DNA of 64,000 nt from Octopus vulgaris (lineage: Eukaryota). How positions within the stretch are numbered: the stretch's first letter is position 1; each line of letters starts with the position of its first letter. A model generated the notes under the pieces. The model was not told where the DNA came from, did not search any database, and worked only from the letters and a program-made list of their open reading frames with translations. Made by a program: the position numbers and the translations under genes. This document shows, piece by piece, positions 39,651 through 54,730 of this stretch. The stretch covers positions 116,808,001-116,872,000 of the forward strand of contig OX597820.1 of NCBI GenBank assembly GCA_951406725.2, read 5' to 3'.

Positions 39651-42600
39651 CTGGAAAAAAATAAAGAGGAAATTCATGCTTTTACTCTCATTGGGTGGAA
39701 ATATCATTTTTTATTTTATTATATGAAAATATATACAAAATTACAAGTTGACAATTTAAATTGTTTGCTTGTCTGCATACAGATGTTTTTAGATACAATA
39801 GTGAACTGGTATGTCTGGTTTTTGCATTTGGCTTGTAAGATTCTTGATGTGAACTTTTATCAAAATATATTCAGTTGTATCTTGGGTGGGTCATTCTACC
39901 AATAATAAACACACACACTGGTTCTATTTTACTACTTTATTTTTATGTCAATTGGTTAATTGTGTAACCAACCAACTAATCGATTGTTTACCTGATCATT
40001 TCGTTGATCAATCAGTTATGTTTGTCGAAGTCCTTTCATTGCCATCCGCAACCTCTTCAATGAGGTCCTCTCTACTCCAGGCCAGCTTCAGGTCTGTATG
40101 TCTTCGTTTTGTTCTTAGATTATATATATATGGATGTGAGAGGGGGAAGGAGAAAGAGATAACGTGCATGTATATGTGCAACTGCACAATGTTATGTGTG
40201 TGCTGATGTGCATAGGTGTGGTATACTTGATTCTGTAAGTTAGTATATTAGAAAGAATGTGTGTGTACATACACACATTTGTGTATGTGTATGATATGGG
40301 ATTTGTGAAAGAAGTTGATAAAACATTCATTTCTTCATATCTTTATTATTCACATGATGACCCTCCCAAGAACTGGTATAGATTTGTCTTCTAAAAACAT
40401 TAAATAAAACTAGTCCAAGGTAACCTATATGCATTTAAAACATTTTCGAGACATTTCCTTTCTCTGATGAAGGGCTTTGCGCAAGTGGCAGAACTTTCAG
40501 CTTCCCATGGCATACAAATTTATCCAAATATTATGAGTTTTTTTTTTGGAAACAATTTCTTTTATGATCAATAAAATTTTGAACAAGTTGCTATTCTCCA
40601 ACTTCGTAAACTTGTGTCACTAAGCTAACTATTTTGTTAGTGACATCATTAACTCTTTCGTAACCATATTTATTTTGAGATGCTCTGTGTTTCTTTCAAT
40701 TACTTTAAATATAACAAAGAATTTAGTAAAATAACTTATCAAGAAGCTAGTGTTAGGAACATAAATTGTGGAAGAGATTTTAATTCAAAACTTATGAAAA
40801 CAAAACATTTGTACTACAGAGCCAGAGGCAGTTTCAGCCGGGTTGGTAATGAAAGGGTTAAAGTTTTTGCTTCCATGTTGAATGAGAAAACACTATTTTC
40901 ACCATAACCTTTATGTCTCTTCTTCAGATATGCAGTGCTTCTTTTTCTAATAACAATGAGATTACACTTTCCCATGGTACCTCCCTAGCCACTCCAAGGT
41001 GGACTAACCCATTAAAATTTAAGTATCTTTAAAAAGGCTATAGTATCATGCTAAACCAGAGAGATAATCCAAGCTCATTAATGACCCATCAGTAAGTGGG
41101 TGGAACTGTTTCAATGTGAACAGTCACATCACATTCAGCTTTGTAAACAGAGGCAAACAGTCATTAAAAGTTACACGCATGCCTAGCCCACATACACACA
41201 CATATACATGAGGTGCATTGTCTAGCTCACACACACACAAATTGAAAAGCACATGTTTGTTTTATGTGTGTGTGTGTGTGTCTGCATAATTACAATGCAT
41301 TACAGGATTTTAACTTGTGACAAGTGAATTTCGAAGCCCATTCATTATAATTAAAGCAGTTTGATAGTTTTATGGCTGCAGCCACACATTTCCATTGGCA
41401 GCAGACTCAATTACTTTAATTACAACAAACAATGCCTTTAGCTGAACATTATTCAACAAAGGGAGCTTTGTTCCATTGAATGGAGGATACGAGGACAGGC
41501 ACCACCGAGTGTAGATAAAAAGACACCGACCGAGAATCTAAATTGTTTGTTTTTGATAATATATGGTCGGGAGTTCAAGCCTTGGCTACAACCATTGTAT
41601 TCAATGTTGATCTCCAAGCATCTGCTATTAGCCAAATTGGTTCAGTCTGTGTTAGTGAAGGATAAATAGGTGCCATTGTTATGTTGCTGGCCATTGCTAT
41701 AATTGGCAGAAGGAAGAACAAGATGCGACAACCAGAAGAAATAGAATGGAAATGGTTAAAAGTCCTATTTAGGGTACCTTGAAGGAATACACAAGAAAAC
41801 CCCATTACCACAAATAGCATCACCATCAGCAGCAGCAGACTCTTTTGCTCCTATGCTGGTGGCACATAAAAAGCACCATTCATGCGTAGATCACTGCCAG
41901 TCCCGCCTGACTGGCTCCTGTGCCAGTGGCACATAAAAAGCACCTTTCAAGTGTGGGTGATGCTAGTTCCGCTTGACTGGCTCCCATGCTGGTGGCACAT
42001 AAAAAGCACCATTCAAGTGTGGGCGATGCAAGTGCCATTTGATTGGCTCCCATGCTGATGGCACGGAGTGGTTGGAGTTAGGAAAGGCATCCATCTGTAG
42101 AAACCTTGTCAGATCAGATAGGAGCCTGGTGGAGCTTCCTGGCTTGCCAGTCCTCAGTCAAACTGTCCAACTCATGCCAGCATGGAAAGCGGGCGTTAAA
42201 TGATGATGACTTTTAAATAAGTTGTAATTACATTGGTCAAGAGGGGGAGAGTGAGACACTTATTTAAATAATTCTAAAACATTTACCATTATTTATTAAT
42301 AGAAATCTGGGGAAAGGAAACAGCTGGAATATATCAACCCCAAAATATTTCTGATCCTCTTTTATTCTTCAGAAAGATTTAAATTCTCAGTGCAGCAAGA
42401 TGCAAACCCAGGTTCTGCTAGCTCTCTGGTCAGTCACTCAGCTAATCCGGCCAGTTCCCTGCTCCTCTTTTCTCACCTCCTACTACTAATTAGAATAATT
42501 AAGGTTTCAAATTTTGGCCTGTAATGTTGAATGGATGGGCAAGGAGATTACCCCAGTACAAGACTGGTACTCATTTTATCAACCCTGAAACAATGAAAGG

Positions 42601-43225
42601 CCGGAATTTGAACTCAGAATGTCAAGAGCTGTTAGGAATGTTGCTAAGCATTTTGTCTGATTTGCTAATAATTATGGCAACCTATTGTTTCTCATTTAGC
42701 AACAAAGCCAGCAATTTGGAGGAGAGTGAAGTTAGGTAACACCATCTACCCTAGTATTTGACTGGTACCTTATTTTATTAACCCCTGAAACAATGGAGAG
42801 CAGATGTGGTCTCAGCAGGATTTGAACTCACTAAGTAGAGAGTTGAAACAATTACAGCAAAGAATTTGGTCTGAAGCTGTATTGATTCTACCAGCAACAA
42901 AAAGAACAATTTCTTTTCGATTAAGAACAAAAGGCAAACATCTCAAGAAGAAAGCAACGAAAGAAGTAGCGTTAATCATTCTTTTCTCAAGTGCATTAAA
43001 AACATAACTGGATCAGCATTTCATCTTACAACAGCATCATCCTCATCACCATCATCAAATATCCTTGAGGTTAGCATTGACAGAATTGTTTATTGATGTT
43101 GCAGTTACACTTCAAGTCATTTACAGCTGAAATCTAAATCTTGCAGCGGAACATACCAGGTTGTAAAGAGAAAAAAAACCATAGCTGAGATTGCAGATAT
43201 CACTCAGGGGCAGCATAAACGCACA

Positions 43226-43257
<32 letters not shown>

Positions 43258-43940
43258 GACTCTCAATACACTTGGGGAATACACACACACACACACAACA
43301 TGCAAAAAAAAAAAGCAGTTACAGTCATAAAAAAATTATTTTACACACACAGTCTACATACAAACAGCATCATACACAGACACACTAACAAAATGCAAAA
43401 CATTTTGCACATTTATACACAACACAAAAAACCCCCACCAAATTATTAAAGTACTACACACACACACACACACACACACACAGTGTGTACATACAAAATC
43501 TATTACACAGACAGTCAATACTCTAAGTATTACACTAACTCACACTGTGTCATGATAGGAAACGTATTACATATTTTTTTTATTATTTCGTCTAGTTTCA
43601 GCTCACGAGCTGTGGCCATGCTGGGGCCCCGCCATTCACTACATATACATGTAGTGAACAATTAAAAAGGACCACACACACATACACCTCTACAGACTCC
43701 AAAGTAAAAATAGTTTTGTGACTGAAGACACCCCCCCCCCCCGTCCATTCCACTCCGAGTGCCATGACACACTGTTCCACACCTTTTTACTCCTTCCAAA
43801 CTGATTCATACAGCAGCTACAGACCGCCATCACCAGTCTACTAAACTCTGATGCCACCAATCCTTATTTACAATGAACTAAATATGCGTTAAACACACCT
43901 GCAGCATTGGAAGGAGCAGCAGGGAAAGGTGTGGCAACAA

Positions 43941-43979
<39 letters not shown>

Positions 43980-44697
43980 TAGGTAGGTAGGTGAGAGACA
44001 CTGATGTACCGAGGAAGGAGTGTTTATTGGCAGAGAAATACAGGAACTGGCAGCCTTTTTAGAGCCATGGATTATATTATAATACAGTGAAGGATGTGTG
44101 TGTGTGTCTGCATGCACATGTCTGTGTGTCTTTAACAAACTACAGAACTGGGCTAATGATAATGCATCTGAATCATCTCACCATCAATAAGCAGTGTGTG
44201 TGTGTGTGTGCATAAATACTGAGCTATTTGTTGTGGATAAGTCCTGTATTATTGGTTATTGATTACTTCATTTTTCTTTTTCATACTGGTTTATGATGAC
44301 ACTGACAACAACAACCCGTCAGTATTTTCCTTGCCATTCCCTACGTAATTCAGATAGAGACCCCTAAATACTCTACAGTAAAATACATGCCTGAATGTCC
44401 TGATTGGACTATATTGGTCCAAATGAGCTGGTATAAAGACGAAGATAAAAAGCCATACATTGAGCAGAACTGTTTTAAACTAACAAACTTAGTACCAAGT
44501 AACTACCGAGTCTTGATTGGTGGCAATCAAATCAGCTGAGTCACCTATTTTACACCCCCAGATATCTTAATAGTGTGTGTGTGTGTGTACATTTAGCCAT
44601 ATGGTCACATACAATTATATATTAATGACAATCATAGTTTTCCTTTTTGATAAAACATTGCAAACTGCTGTATATTTTAAATTTATATATATATATA

Positions 44698-45112
44698 AGC
44701 GCAGGAGTGGCTGTGTGGTAAGTAGCTTGCTAACCAACCACATGGTTCCGGGTTCAGTCCCACTGCGTGGCATCTTGGGCAAGTGTCTTCTGCTATAGCC
44801 CCGGGCCGACCAATGCCTTGTGAGTGGATTTGGTAGACGGAAACTGAAAGAAGCCTGTCGTATATATGTATATATATATATATGTATGTGTGTGTATGTG
44901 TTTGTGTGTCTGTGTTTGTCCCCCTAGCATTGCTTGACAACCGATGCTGGTGTGTTTACGTCCCCGTCACTTAGCGGTTCGGCAAAAGAGACCGATAGAA
45001 TAAGTACTGGGCTTACAAAGAATAAGTCCCGGGGTCAATTTGCTCGACTAAAGGCGGTGCTCCAGCATGGCCGCAGTCAAAATGACTGAAACAAGTAAAA
45101 GAGTAAAGAGAG
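44698..45112 (+). mobile_element. SINE family A. Other + copies at about 19719-20090, 20563-20965, 38120-38445, 49371-49755
   Basis: Same consensus as 6940-7342, in the opposite orientation. Confidence 0.9.
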
Positions 45113-45922
45113 AATATATATTATAATAAAGGGTAAAAATCATTAATGATTTTACTAGGGGGTCAGCACGGAAATAAAAACCTTACAGGTAAATTTTACA
45201 AATATTTTAATAATAATATACATAATTATAACAAGGGATTGGCTGTAAGCCTCCCCATGCACTAGAAAAAAGCAGATGCCAAAAGACCCTATTACCACCT
45301 TAAAAACTCTGAAACAACCCATGTTTTATTTTTTGGAGTTTTTTTAAGGTGGTAATAGTGTCTTTTGGCATCTATTTTTTTCTAGCACACGGAGAGGTTT
45401 ACATTATAATTATGTATATAATTATTAAGATATATATATACACATACATATGCATGCGCAGACACACACACACACACACACACACATACATACATACAGA
45501 AGAATGGCTCTCATATGTAAAGTAGCACTTAAAAAATTTTCATAATAAAAGAATTTACAATATTTGTGATGGATGTATTTTCTTGAAGTTTTATCTATGT
45601 TAGTGACACTATAAACATAGCCCATAGCTGAATGTTCCAGAACATATGTTCTTTTTTTTTTATATATTTTATAGGAGTATGTGTATGATCATAGTGTGTG
45701 TGTATGAGTGTGAGAGGGAAAGATACACACACAAATATATGTATACACACATATATATATACACACACATGTATATACATATATATATATACACACACAT
45801 TTATATACATATATATATACACTCATTTATATATACATATACACACATACACATATATATACATGCATATACACACATATATACATACATGCATATACAC
45901 ACATATATACATACATCTATAA

Positions 45923-45961
<39 letters not shown>

Positions 45962-46529
45962 TCATCATCATCATCATTAACATCCGCTTTCCATGCTGGC
46001 ATGGGTTGGACAGTTTGACTGAAAACTGGCAAGCCGGGGGTCTGCACCAGGTTCCGATCTGATTTGGCAAAGTTTCTACAGTTGGATGACCTTCCTAATG
46101 CCAACCACTCCAAGAACTTAGTGGGTGTTTTTTATGTGCCACTCGCACAGGGGCCAATCACCTGACACTAGCATTGGACATGACTACAGTCTCACTTGGC
46201 TTGACAGGTCAACACAAGCACAGTATATTGCCAAAGGTCTTGGTCACCTGTCGCTGCCTCCATGAGGCCCAATGCTTGAACGGTGTTTTTACATGCCAGT
46301 CAGATGGCACTGGCATTGGCCACAACTAAGATTCCATTTGGTTTGACAGGTCTCCAGAAGCACAGCATATTGCCCAGAGATTGAAGGGTGTCTTTAAAGG
46401 GTCAGTTACGTGACACTGTCATCAGCCACAACTACAATCTCACTTGGCTTGATGGCTCTTTTCAAGCACGGCATATCTCCAAAAGTCTCAGTCACTGGTC
46501 ACTGCCTCTGTGAGGCCCAACATTCAAAG

Positions 46530-47030
46530 ACCATGCTTCATCAGCTCATCCCATGTCTTCCTAAGTCTGCCTCTTCCACAGGTTCCTTCCACTGTTAGAA
46601 TGCAACACTTCTTCACACAGCTGTCCTCATCCATATGCATCACGTGACCATACCAGTGTGGTCATCTCTCTTGCACACCACATCTGATGCTTCTTATGTC
46701 CAACTTTCCTCTCAAGACGCTTACACTTTGTTGTGCATGCACACTGACATTACACAACCAGCGGAGCATAAAGACGTTGTTAGAATGAAAGGATTTATGA
46801 TTAATAGGAAGCTCAACAGAGGAACAATGCACCTGGGAAGAGAAGTGGGTAACACATTTAAAGGTCTTGAGAGGGGTCTCTAGAGCAGAAAGTTCATCAG
46901 AGCAATGACCATAGAAATGCCTATAGAAAAGGCACAACGGTGAGACATTTCAACAATGAGTGAAAGAATCCAACCTTGTAGAAAGAAGAGGACCCACCAT
47001 GCAAACAACTGAATTCTGAATTCATTTGAG
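46530..47030 (-). mobile_element. Two adjacent LINE 3' fragments (RTE-type and CR1/Jockey-type)
   Basis: GTCGRGR..KTWDE-like remnant, and CLFYRHFYGHCSDELSAL. Confidence 0.6.
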
Positions 47031-47070
47031 CATGTTCACACTTGATTAGTAGCTATGATATAGGTTAAAG

Positions 47071-47586
47071 CAGCGTTTCTCAACCAGGGTTCCCCAGAAC
47101 CTTAGGGTTCCGCAAAAGGTTCCTAAGGGTTCCATAAGAAAGAGTGAGATAAGCTAAGGCTAATTTCATGAGGGTAATATTACTATACATGCACAACATG
47201 TTATTGGTTATTGTAATATAGGCATCATCCTATCTAGCTTATTATGTTATCAAAAAATATAACAACCATATATCATCATCATCATCGTTTGACGTCCGTT
47301 TTCCATGCTAGCATGGGTTGGACGTATGACTGAGGGCTGGCAAACCAGATGGCTGCACCAGGCTTCAATCTTGATCTGGCAGGGTTTCTACAGCTGGATG
47401 CTCTTCCTAACGCCAACCACTCCGAGAGTGTAGTGGGTGCTTTTACGTGCCATTGGCATGGGGCCGGTCAGGTGGCACTGGCAATGACCTCGCTCGAATC
47501 TTTTACACATGCCACCGGCACAGGTGCCAGTAAGGCCTTCTGGCAACAATCACGCTCAAATGGCGTCTTTTATGTGCCACTGGCAT

Positions 47587-47628
<42 letters not shown>

Positions 47629-47949
47629 TACCACAAGAGTCGGCCAGGTCATGTGATGCATGTGGACGAGGACAGCTGTATGAAGAAGTGTTGCGTTCTA
47701 ATGCTGGAGGGAACCTGTGGAAGAGGTAGACCCAGGAAGACATGGGACAAAGTGATGAAGCATGATCTTTGAATGTTGGGCCTCACAGAAACATTGACAA
47801 GTGACCGAGATAAATATATTTACCATGTGAACTACGATGAAAAAATATGAGAAAGATATGGTATATAATTTTTCTTTTATGCAAGGGTTCCTTGAGGCAT
47901 ATAATTTATTTTAAGGGTTACACAAGGGTAAAAAGGTTGAGAAACACTG
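47071..47949. mobile_element. hAT-type non-autonomous element with nested retroposon fragments
   Basis: CAGCGTTTCTCAACC...GGTTGAGAAACACTG with 8-bp TSD GGTTAAAG. Confidence 0.88.
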
Positions 47950-49772
47950 GGTTAAAGTATATATCTTTTTCTTCCAGTGTAACATCCCTTGTCAACCCAT
48001 CTTTGCTAGTACCCCATCACTACATTTTTTTATCATCTTTTATTTGTTTTACTGTCATTGGACCATGAAGGGGACTGTCTCAAATGATTTAGCTGAATAA
48101 GTTGAAACCCAGTACTTAATTTTTAAAGTTTGCAACTTAGCATTTCGGCAAAATAGACTGACAGAATAAGTAAAAGGGACATAAACAAACTAACACCAGA
48201 TACAAAGTGTGTGTGGAGGGTAACAACACACATTACTCCCTCCACTTCCTGCTTCTTTCTCCATGGGACCTGCCATCCTTGATTCTCAAACTCCCTACAC
48301 TATTCTCAAAGATCATCTCCTTGCAATGCCTTCAGATGTCTCCCTCCTCTTTACCACACTCCATCTTATCACCTCATTATACCTGCTATCATTCTCAACA
48401 CCCCCACCTCATATTCACCATTATACCCACCCACTACACACACCCTTATGTACCCACATATCTCCCTCACTGCTGCTCCTACACCTTACACATTCCCCAC
48501 CCCCTATCTCTCCTCCTTCCTAAGCCGTTGATATTTCTCTCCTCTTACCCACTCTCCACAGATATTTCCCCACCAACTGCACCACCCTTTCTCATCATTC
48601 AAAACATCCACCCCTGCTCCCATCTGTCATTCTCCCTCATATGCTTATGGAACTGCTCACCCTCCCCTTTTCCCCCCTCACCCCTAATTCAATGACCTTA
48701 TCCTCTCTTATATTCTTCTGCCTTGAGACTTTGCACTGACACCGCGCATCTTCATCTTCCCAGTTAATACTTATTTCTTTATTGCCCACAAGGGGCTAAA
48801 CATAGAGGGGACAAATAAGGACAGACAAACGGATTAAGTTGATTACATCAACCCCAGTGCGTAACTGGTACTTATTTAATCGACCCCGAAAGGATGAAAG
48901 GCAAAGTCGACCTCGGCGGAATTTGAACTCAGAACGTAGCAGGGAAGGAAATACCGCTTAGCATTTCGCCCGACGTGCTAACGATTCTGCCAGCTCGCCG
49001 CCTTTACCCACCCTTGTGATTAAGTGTCTCTTCTATAGCAAGACACTACTTCTTGTCCCTCCATCGTACTTTACCCTCTCAGCACCTGGTATAAGGTCAC
49101 CCCCCCCATCGCTTCCCATGACCCTCCTCCACTTACTCAAACGAGCTTTTCTTTTTCTTGTTCTTTGCTGTCTTGTAACTTACTTGGCAACTCTATTAGT
49201 GTTGGTGGCACATAAAAAGCACCCAGTACACTCTGTAGAATGGTTGGTGTCAGGAAGAGCGTCCAGCTGTAGAAACCAAACCAAAACTGACAGTGAAGTT
49301 TGGTGCAGCCTTGTGGCTGGCCGGGTCTTGTCAAACTGCCCAATCCATGCCTGCATGGAAAATGGACATTAGGCGCAGGAGTGGCTGTGTGGTAAGTAGC
49401 TTGCTAACCAACCACATGGTTCCGGGTTCAGTCCCACTGCGTGGCACCTTGGGCAAGTGTCTTCTACTATAGCCCCGGGCCTTGTGAGTGGATTTGGTAG
49501 ACGGAAACTGAAAGAAGCCCGTCGTATATATGTATATATATATATGTATGTGTTTGTGTGTCTGTTTATGTCCCCCTAGCATTGCTTGAAAACTGATGCT
49601 GGTGTGTTTACGTCCCCGTCACTTAGCGGTTCGGCAAAAGAGACCGATAGAATAAGTACTGGGCTTACAAAGAATAAGTCCCGGGGTCGATTTGCTCGAC
49701 TAAAGGCGGTGCTCCAGCATGGCCGCAGTCAAATGACTGAAACAAGTAAAAGAGTATTAAATGATAATGATG

Positions 49773-49824
<52 letters not shown>

Positions 49825-50158
49825 ATATGAACTTCAGGTTAGTAAAAATATGTTTGTGATATATTTCAACATCTAAACTCACATCAGTTACCATGGAGAA
49901 TTTTTTTTTCCCATTGTAATTGCAGTGAATTTTGCCATTAGAAGTTGAAATATATCACAAACATTTTAACTAACCTAAAGTTCATACACACACATGCCAA
50001 CACACACACACACACACACACACACTAGAGGCTCCAACACAGATTTCATCTACCAACTTCACTTACAAAGAATTGGTCTTATAATAAGAGCTTTAGGGAG
50101 TTGGAAGAGGCACTGAACAAAACCATGAAATTGCAAAGTAAACTTCTTAACCACACAC

Positions 50159-50195
<37 letters not shown>

Positions 50196-52161
50196 CATAG
50201 CCTGTTATTTGTTGATGCTGATGTATTTGTAGCCATCCTGTTATTAATTACGGTCTCAATTCTTTGAATACCCTTCAGGCATTGTAACTCAGAAGCATGT
50301 TCGGATTCTTGGATGTTCTTCATTTTTTCTCTTCAGGTTTTCTAATGCGAACTAGGTCAATGTTTCGGATAGAGAAGGCAGGAGGGAGGGAGGGCTTCGA
50401 AGGTTGAAAAAGATGGTAGTGGACAAACTGTCAGGTTTGATTAGAAATTAAGATGATTATCAACTTTCTGAACTGTCCAATGCCACAGCAGAGGAAGAAG
50501 AATTATATGGGTGCAAACTCTTTTCTTGTCTTCTGGGGTGAAAAAAAAAAAAAAAAAAAAAAGTCTGATATTTTTTGTTGGGTGGAACCAAGTATAAGTA
50601 TTTGTCAGTCTGAGAAGCACTGAATTAGGTTATTGGCAGGTGAAACTTCTTAAATTTATGCAGAGATGAATTCCTATATTAATGCTCTCCTGGGTTAAAT
50701 TGAAGGGAAAAAAATAGCTGACAGCAGCTTATCTCAGTTTTCTAAGCAGATGGATGCCTATCTATCACATGTTATCAGGAATTTCTGGCAGAGCCAAAAA
50801 AGCCTGCAAGTTTGAGCCAGAAAACTTATTTTAGATATTTAATCATTCAATACCCCACCCTGATAGGATTTGAACCGCAGATGCATAATTACCAAAACTT
50901 GTAGCAAACAGGCCTCAGTTTTGTTGTTCTTACTTTTCTTTAAAGAAACTTTGTTGAAAAGGTTTATTGGTATCCATATTTTTACAGTTTCCCAACATAC
51001 ACACTCTCTTACTCTTTACTCTTTTACTTGTTTCAGTCATTTAACTGCAGCCATGCTGGAGCACCGCCTTTAATCGAGCAACTCGACCCCGGGACTTATT
51101 CTTTTGTAAGCCCAGTACTTATTCTATTGGTCTCTTTTGCCGAACTGCTAAGTAACGGGGACATAAATACACCAGCATCAGTTGTCAAGCAATGCTAGGA
51201 GGACAAACACAGACACACAAACACACACATATATATACACATATATACGACGGGCTTCTTTCAGTTTCCGTCTACCAAATCTACTCACAAGGCTTTGGTT
51301 GGCCTGAGGCTATAGTAGAAGACACTTGCCCAAGGTGCCACGCAGTGGGACTGAACCCGGAACCATGTGGTTGGTAAACAAGCTACTTACCACACAGCCA
51401 CTCCTGCGCCTACATATATAAGGAGACAAATGGCTAGGTGGTTAAGGTGTGGCACTTATTATTATGGTTGCTAGGTTGTAGGTTTCATTCCTGGACTGAG
51501 CAGCATCTTGTGGTCTTGAGCAAGACACTTCATTTCCCATTGCTCCAGTTCCCTCAGCTATGATGGACCAACCTTTTGATCAGGGTCAACGTTGGCCTGT
51601 TCACCAAAGCAGGGTGGCAGATTTCAAAAACGAAAAGCAATGCAAAGTGCATTGTGACTAGTGATGTATAACAAAATCTGTCTGATAGGCTCAGCAATCA
51701 CATGATCACATGATATTTTACTGAAGCTGAAAAGACTTCACAGATTTTATACCCAGAGTTTTTCATAACTGATCATCAGGCATTTGTGATACAACATTTT
51801 GATGATCGGTGACTGACAGTTTGTGAAGTCTTCCCAGCCTCAATATAATAGTCTTACTCATTTCTTAGCTTTTCAAGTGCTGTTTTCTCCACCAAGTTTT
51901 TTACCAATATAAGATTGAACAGCTGAGTTATAGAACAAATACACAACTCTCCTTTTCCTTTTATTCTTTTACTTGTTTCAGTCATTTGACTGCTGCCATG
52001 CAGGAGCACCACCTTTAGTCAAACAAATTGACCCCAGGACTTATTCTTTGTTAGCCTAGTACTTATTCTATCGGTCCCTTTTGCCGAACTGCTAAGTTAT
52101 GGGGATGTAAACTCAACAGCATTGGTTGTAAAGTGCTGTTGGGGGAACAAACACACACACA

Positions 52162-52200
<39 letters not shown>

Positions 52201-52470
52201 ACGGGATTCTTTCAGTTTCCATCTACCAAATCCACTCACAAGGCTTTGGTCAGTCCGAGGCTATAGTAAAATACACTTGCCCAAGGTGCCACACAGTGGG
52301 ACTGAACCTGGAACCATGTGGTTGGTAAGCAACCTACTTACCACACAGCCACTCTATCCAAATATAATAATTTATTGATTTACTTAGAATATGTAATATC
52401 AATAAAATATCTCTGGGTTTTTTTCTTTCTTATCATCAAAAAAGTCCATATAATTCTTTTGTGTCTAGAA

Positions 52471-52720
52471 CAACAGTTCTCAACCAGGGTATAAATGGCC
52501 CTTGGTTGGGGAGGTCCTTATAAGATTTTGCCGTTAAAATTTATCTGCAAAACACCAAATATTTTTTTTTTTTATGCAATTCCAAATAATGTTTAATTAT
52601 GAAAATATAATAGAATGTTTAAAACATCAAATGACTACAAGGGTCCAGGTGACCAAAATAGAAATCACAGGGGTCCATAAGCAAAAACAAAAAAAGAAAA
52701 AAAATGGTTGAGAATCACTA
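52471..52720. mobile_element. Older hAT-type MITE
   Basis: TTCTCAACC/GGTTGAGAA termini; TSD GTCTAGAA/ATCTAGAA. Confidence 0.7.
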
Positions 52721-53829
52721 ATCTAGAACCTGGCTTTAATTAGACCCTTATGTTAATTAACATGACATATGTTGATTAAATTTTCATAAATTCAAGGTAA
52801 TCTCTCATTATAAGATATGTAAGTGTATAAGGAATTACATTGATATTATGGCCCCTGTGCCAGTGGCACATAAAAAGCACCCACTACACTCTTGGAGTGG
52901 TTGGCATTAGGAAGGGCATCCAGCTGAAAGAAACTCTGCCAGATCAGATTGGGGCCTGGTGGGGCCTCCTGGCTTCCCACACCCCAGTTGAACCGTCCAG
53001 CCCATGCCAGCATGGAAAACGGATGTTAAACGATGATGATGATCTTTTCTTTTTTGTGCATTTCTCTGTGGACAGAAAAAGAGAAAGAATGATTCAATTC
53101 CAGTTATATTCTTATGCGAAACCATCCTCAGAGGTTATGGCTTTATAAGTCCACCGTAGATGATAGCATCAGTGATGTATAAGTTGCAGGAAAGCATTTA
53201 GGGTTAGAGAATGAACAAGTTCCTGACATCATCATCATCGTTTAATGTCCATTGTCCATGCTGGCATTAGTTGGACGGTTTGACTGAGGTTTGGCAAGCC
53301 AGGAGGCTGCACCAGGCTCCAATCTGAACTGGCAATGTTTCTACTGCTGGATGTTCTTCCTAACACCAACCACTCCAAGAGTGTAGAGGGTGCTTTTTAC
53401 ATGCCACCAGAATGGGGGCCAGTCAGGTGGAACTGGCATTGAATGGATGACAATTCAACAGAATAAAATTATTATGAAATCATAGCTCCCTTTGATGAAA
53501 TTCTACATTATGTATGGGGGCAACAATGAAGATGAAAAAGACTTGAGATCTGGAGAAAACTAGAATTCAGGTAACCTTAGAAAATGGATGTAAAACTAGT
53601 GATAGGCCCTGCTGTAGGGTCAGGAAGTTTGCTTCCTAAGCAGGTGGTTTTGGGGTCAGTGCCACTGGGTGACACCTTGGGTGAGGAAGATGGAGGCTGA
53701 CTGAAAGAGGATGAGAGACATTGATGAACACTTATGCGGGATGTGTTTGTTGGCAGAGAAAGAAAGGAACTGGTAGCTTTTTAGAGCCATGGGTTACATT
53801 ACATGGTAAAAAGATGTGGGTGCGTTTAT

Positions 53830-53867
<38 letters not shown>

Positions 53868-54201
53868 ACATCTGCAGTCATTTGTTTGAAAGGGTAGCTG
53901 GCTGTGTTGTTGCTAATTTCTCTTACCAAGAGGTCGTTTGGGTGCTTTGTGTTTTCAAAACCATGTGGAACAAATAATTCCTTAATTAAAAAGCAGGTAA
54001 AGGTTAGCAACAGGAAAAGTACCTTGGTTGCATAACAAGGCCTCAAAGAATATAATTGTCCGACCTATACAAGCATGGGAAGATGGACATGAAACAAACG
54101 TGTATGTGCGTGTGTGTGTGTGTCTGTTTGTGTGTGCATGTGTGCAAGTACATTGCGAGGAAAAGCTGCCTAAAATAAAGCAAAAATTGTTTTAGCCTTA
54201 C

Positions 54202-54316
54202 CTGTGGATAGGAAAGGGGTCGTAGGCGGTCGTAGTCCTCTTGACCTGCTGTATCCCAGAGGCCCAGGCTTACTGGTATCAGATCAACCATCATGTTGGC
54301 TGTGTAATTATCAAAT
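54202..54316 (-). CDS. Mtl: Rac-family GTPase Mtl/MIG-2-like, first visible exon (switch I/II)
   Basis: tttcag|A-TTT-GAT acceptor and CAG|gtaagg donor. Encodes [38 protein letters not shown]. The P-loop exon was not found in the window. Confidence 0.95.
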
Positions 54317-54539
54317 CTGAAATTGTAATTAAAAATTAAAATTACTAATGACTCATTTTCCAAACAACACATTCAAGAATTCTCAACTGGTTTTACAAAG
54401 CACTGGGTTTAGGGTTAATGGTTTAAGGACCTTGAGTTTTAATCTCATTGAAGTGTTTGATGGTTTAATTGGTTACAGCAATTAATTATTAGCCTCAGTT
54501 TACCTGGTTTTAAAACTATACGTTGCATCTGCTGGGAAA

Positions 54540-54730
54540 GTAGCACAAAATTCATTAGTTACCTGTCCAGATCCAACTCCTTGCCTCCAATCCCAGCAGA
54601 CCACCAGTGCCTGTCCTGCAGCAGAGCCTTCCAAGCATGCATTGGGCGGATTGGCCACAACCAGACACATTGTGCCTGTCTTCTCCATGCAATGTCCTTG
54701 GTCATCGTCAGCAATGATGGACAAACTAAG
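54540..54730 (+). mobile_element. RTE/BovB-type LINE 3' end
   Basis: CLSCSRAFQACIGRIGHNQTH C2H2-like tail followed by gtcatcgtcagcaatgatggac. Confidence 0.6.

Noticed and set aside
43219-43257. (CA)n(CG)n Z-DNA tract
   Set aside because: Short, and common in microsatellite-rich genomes.
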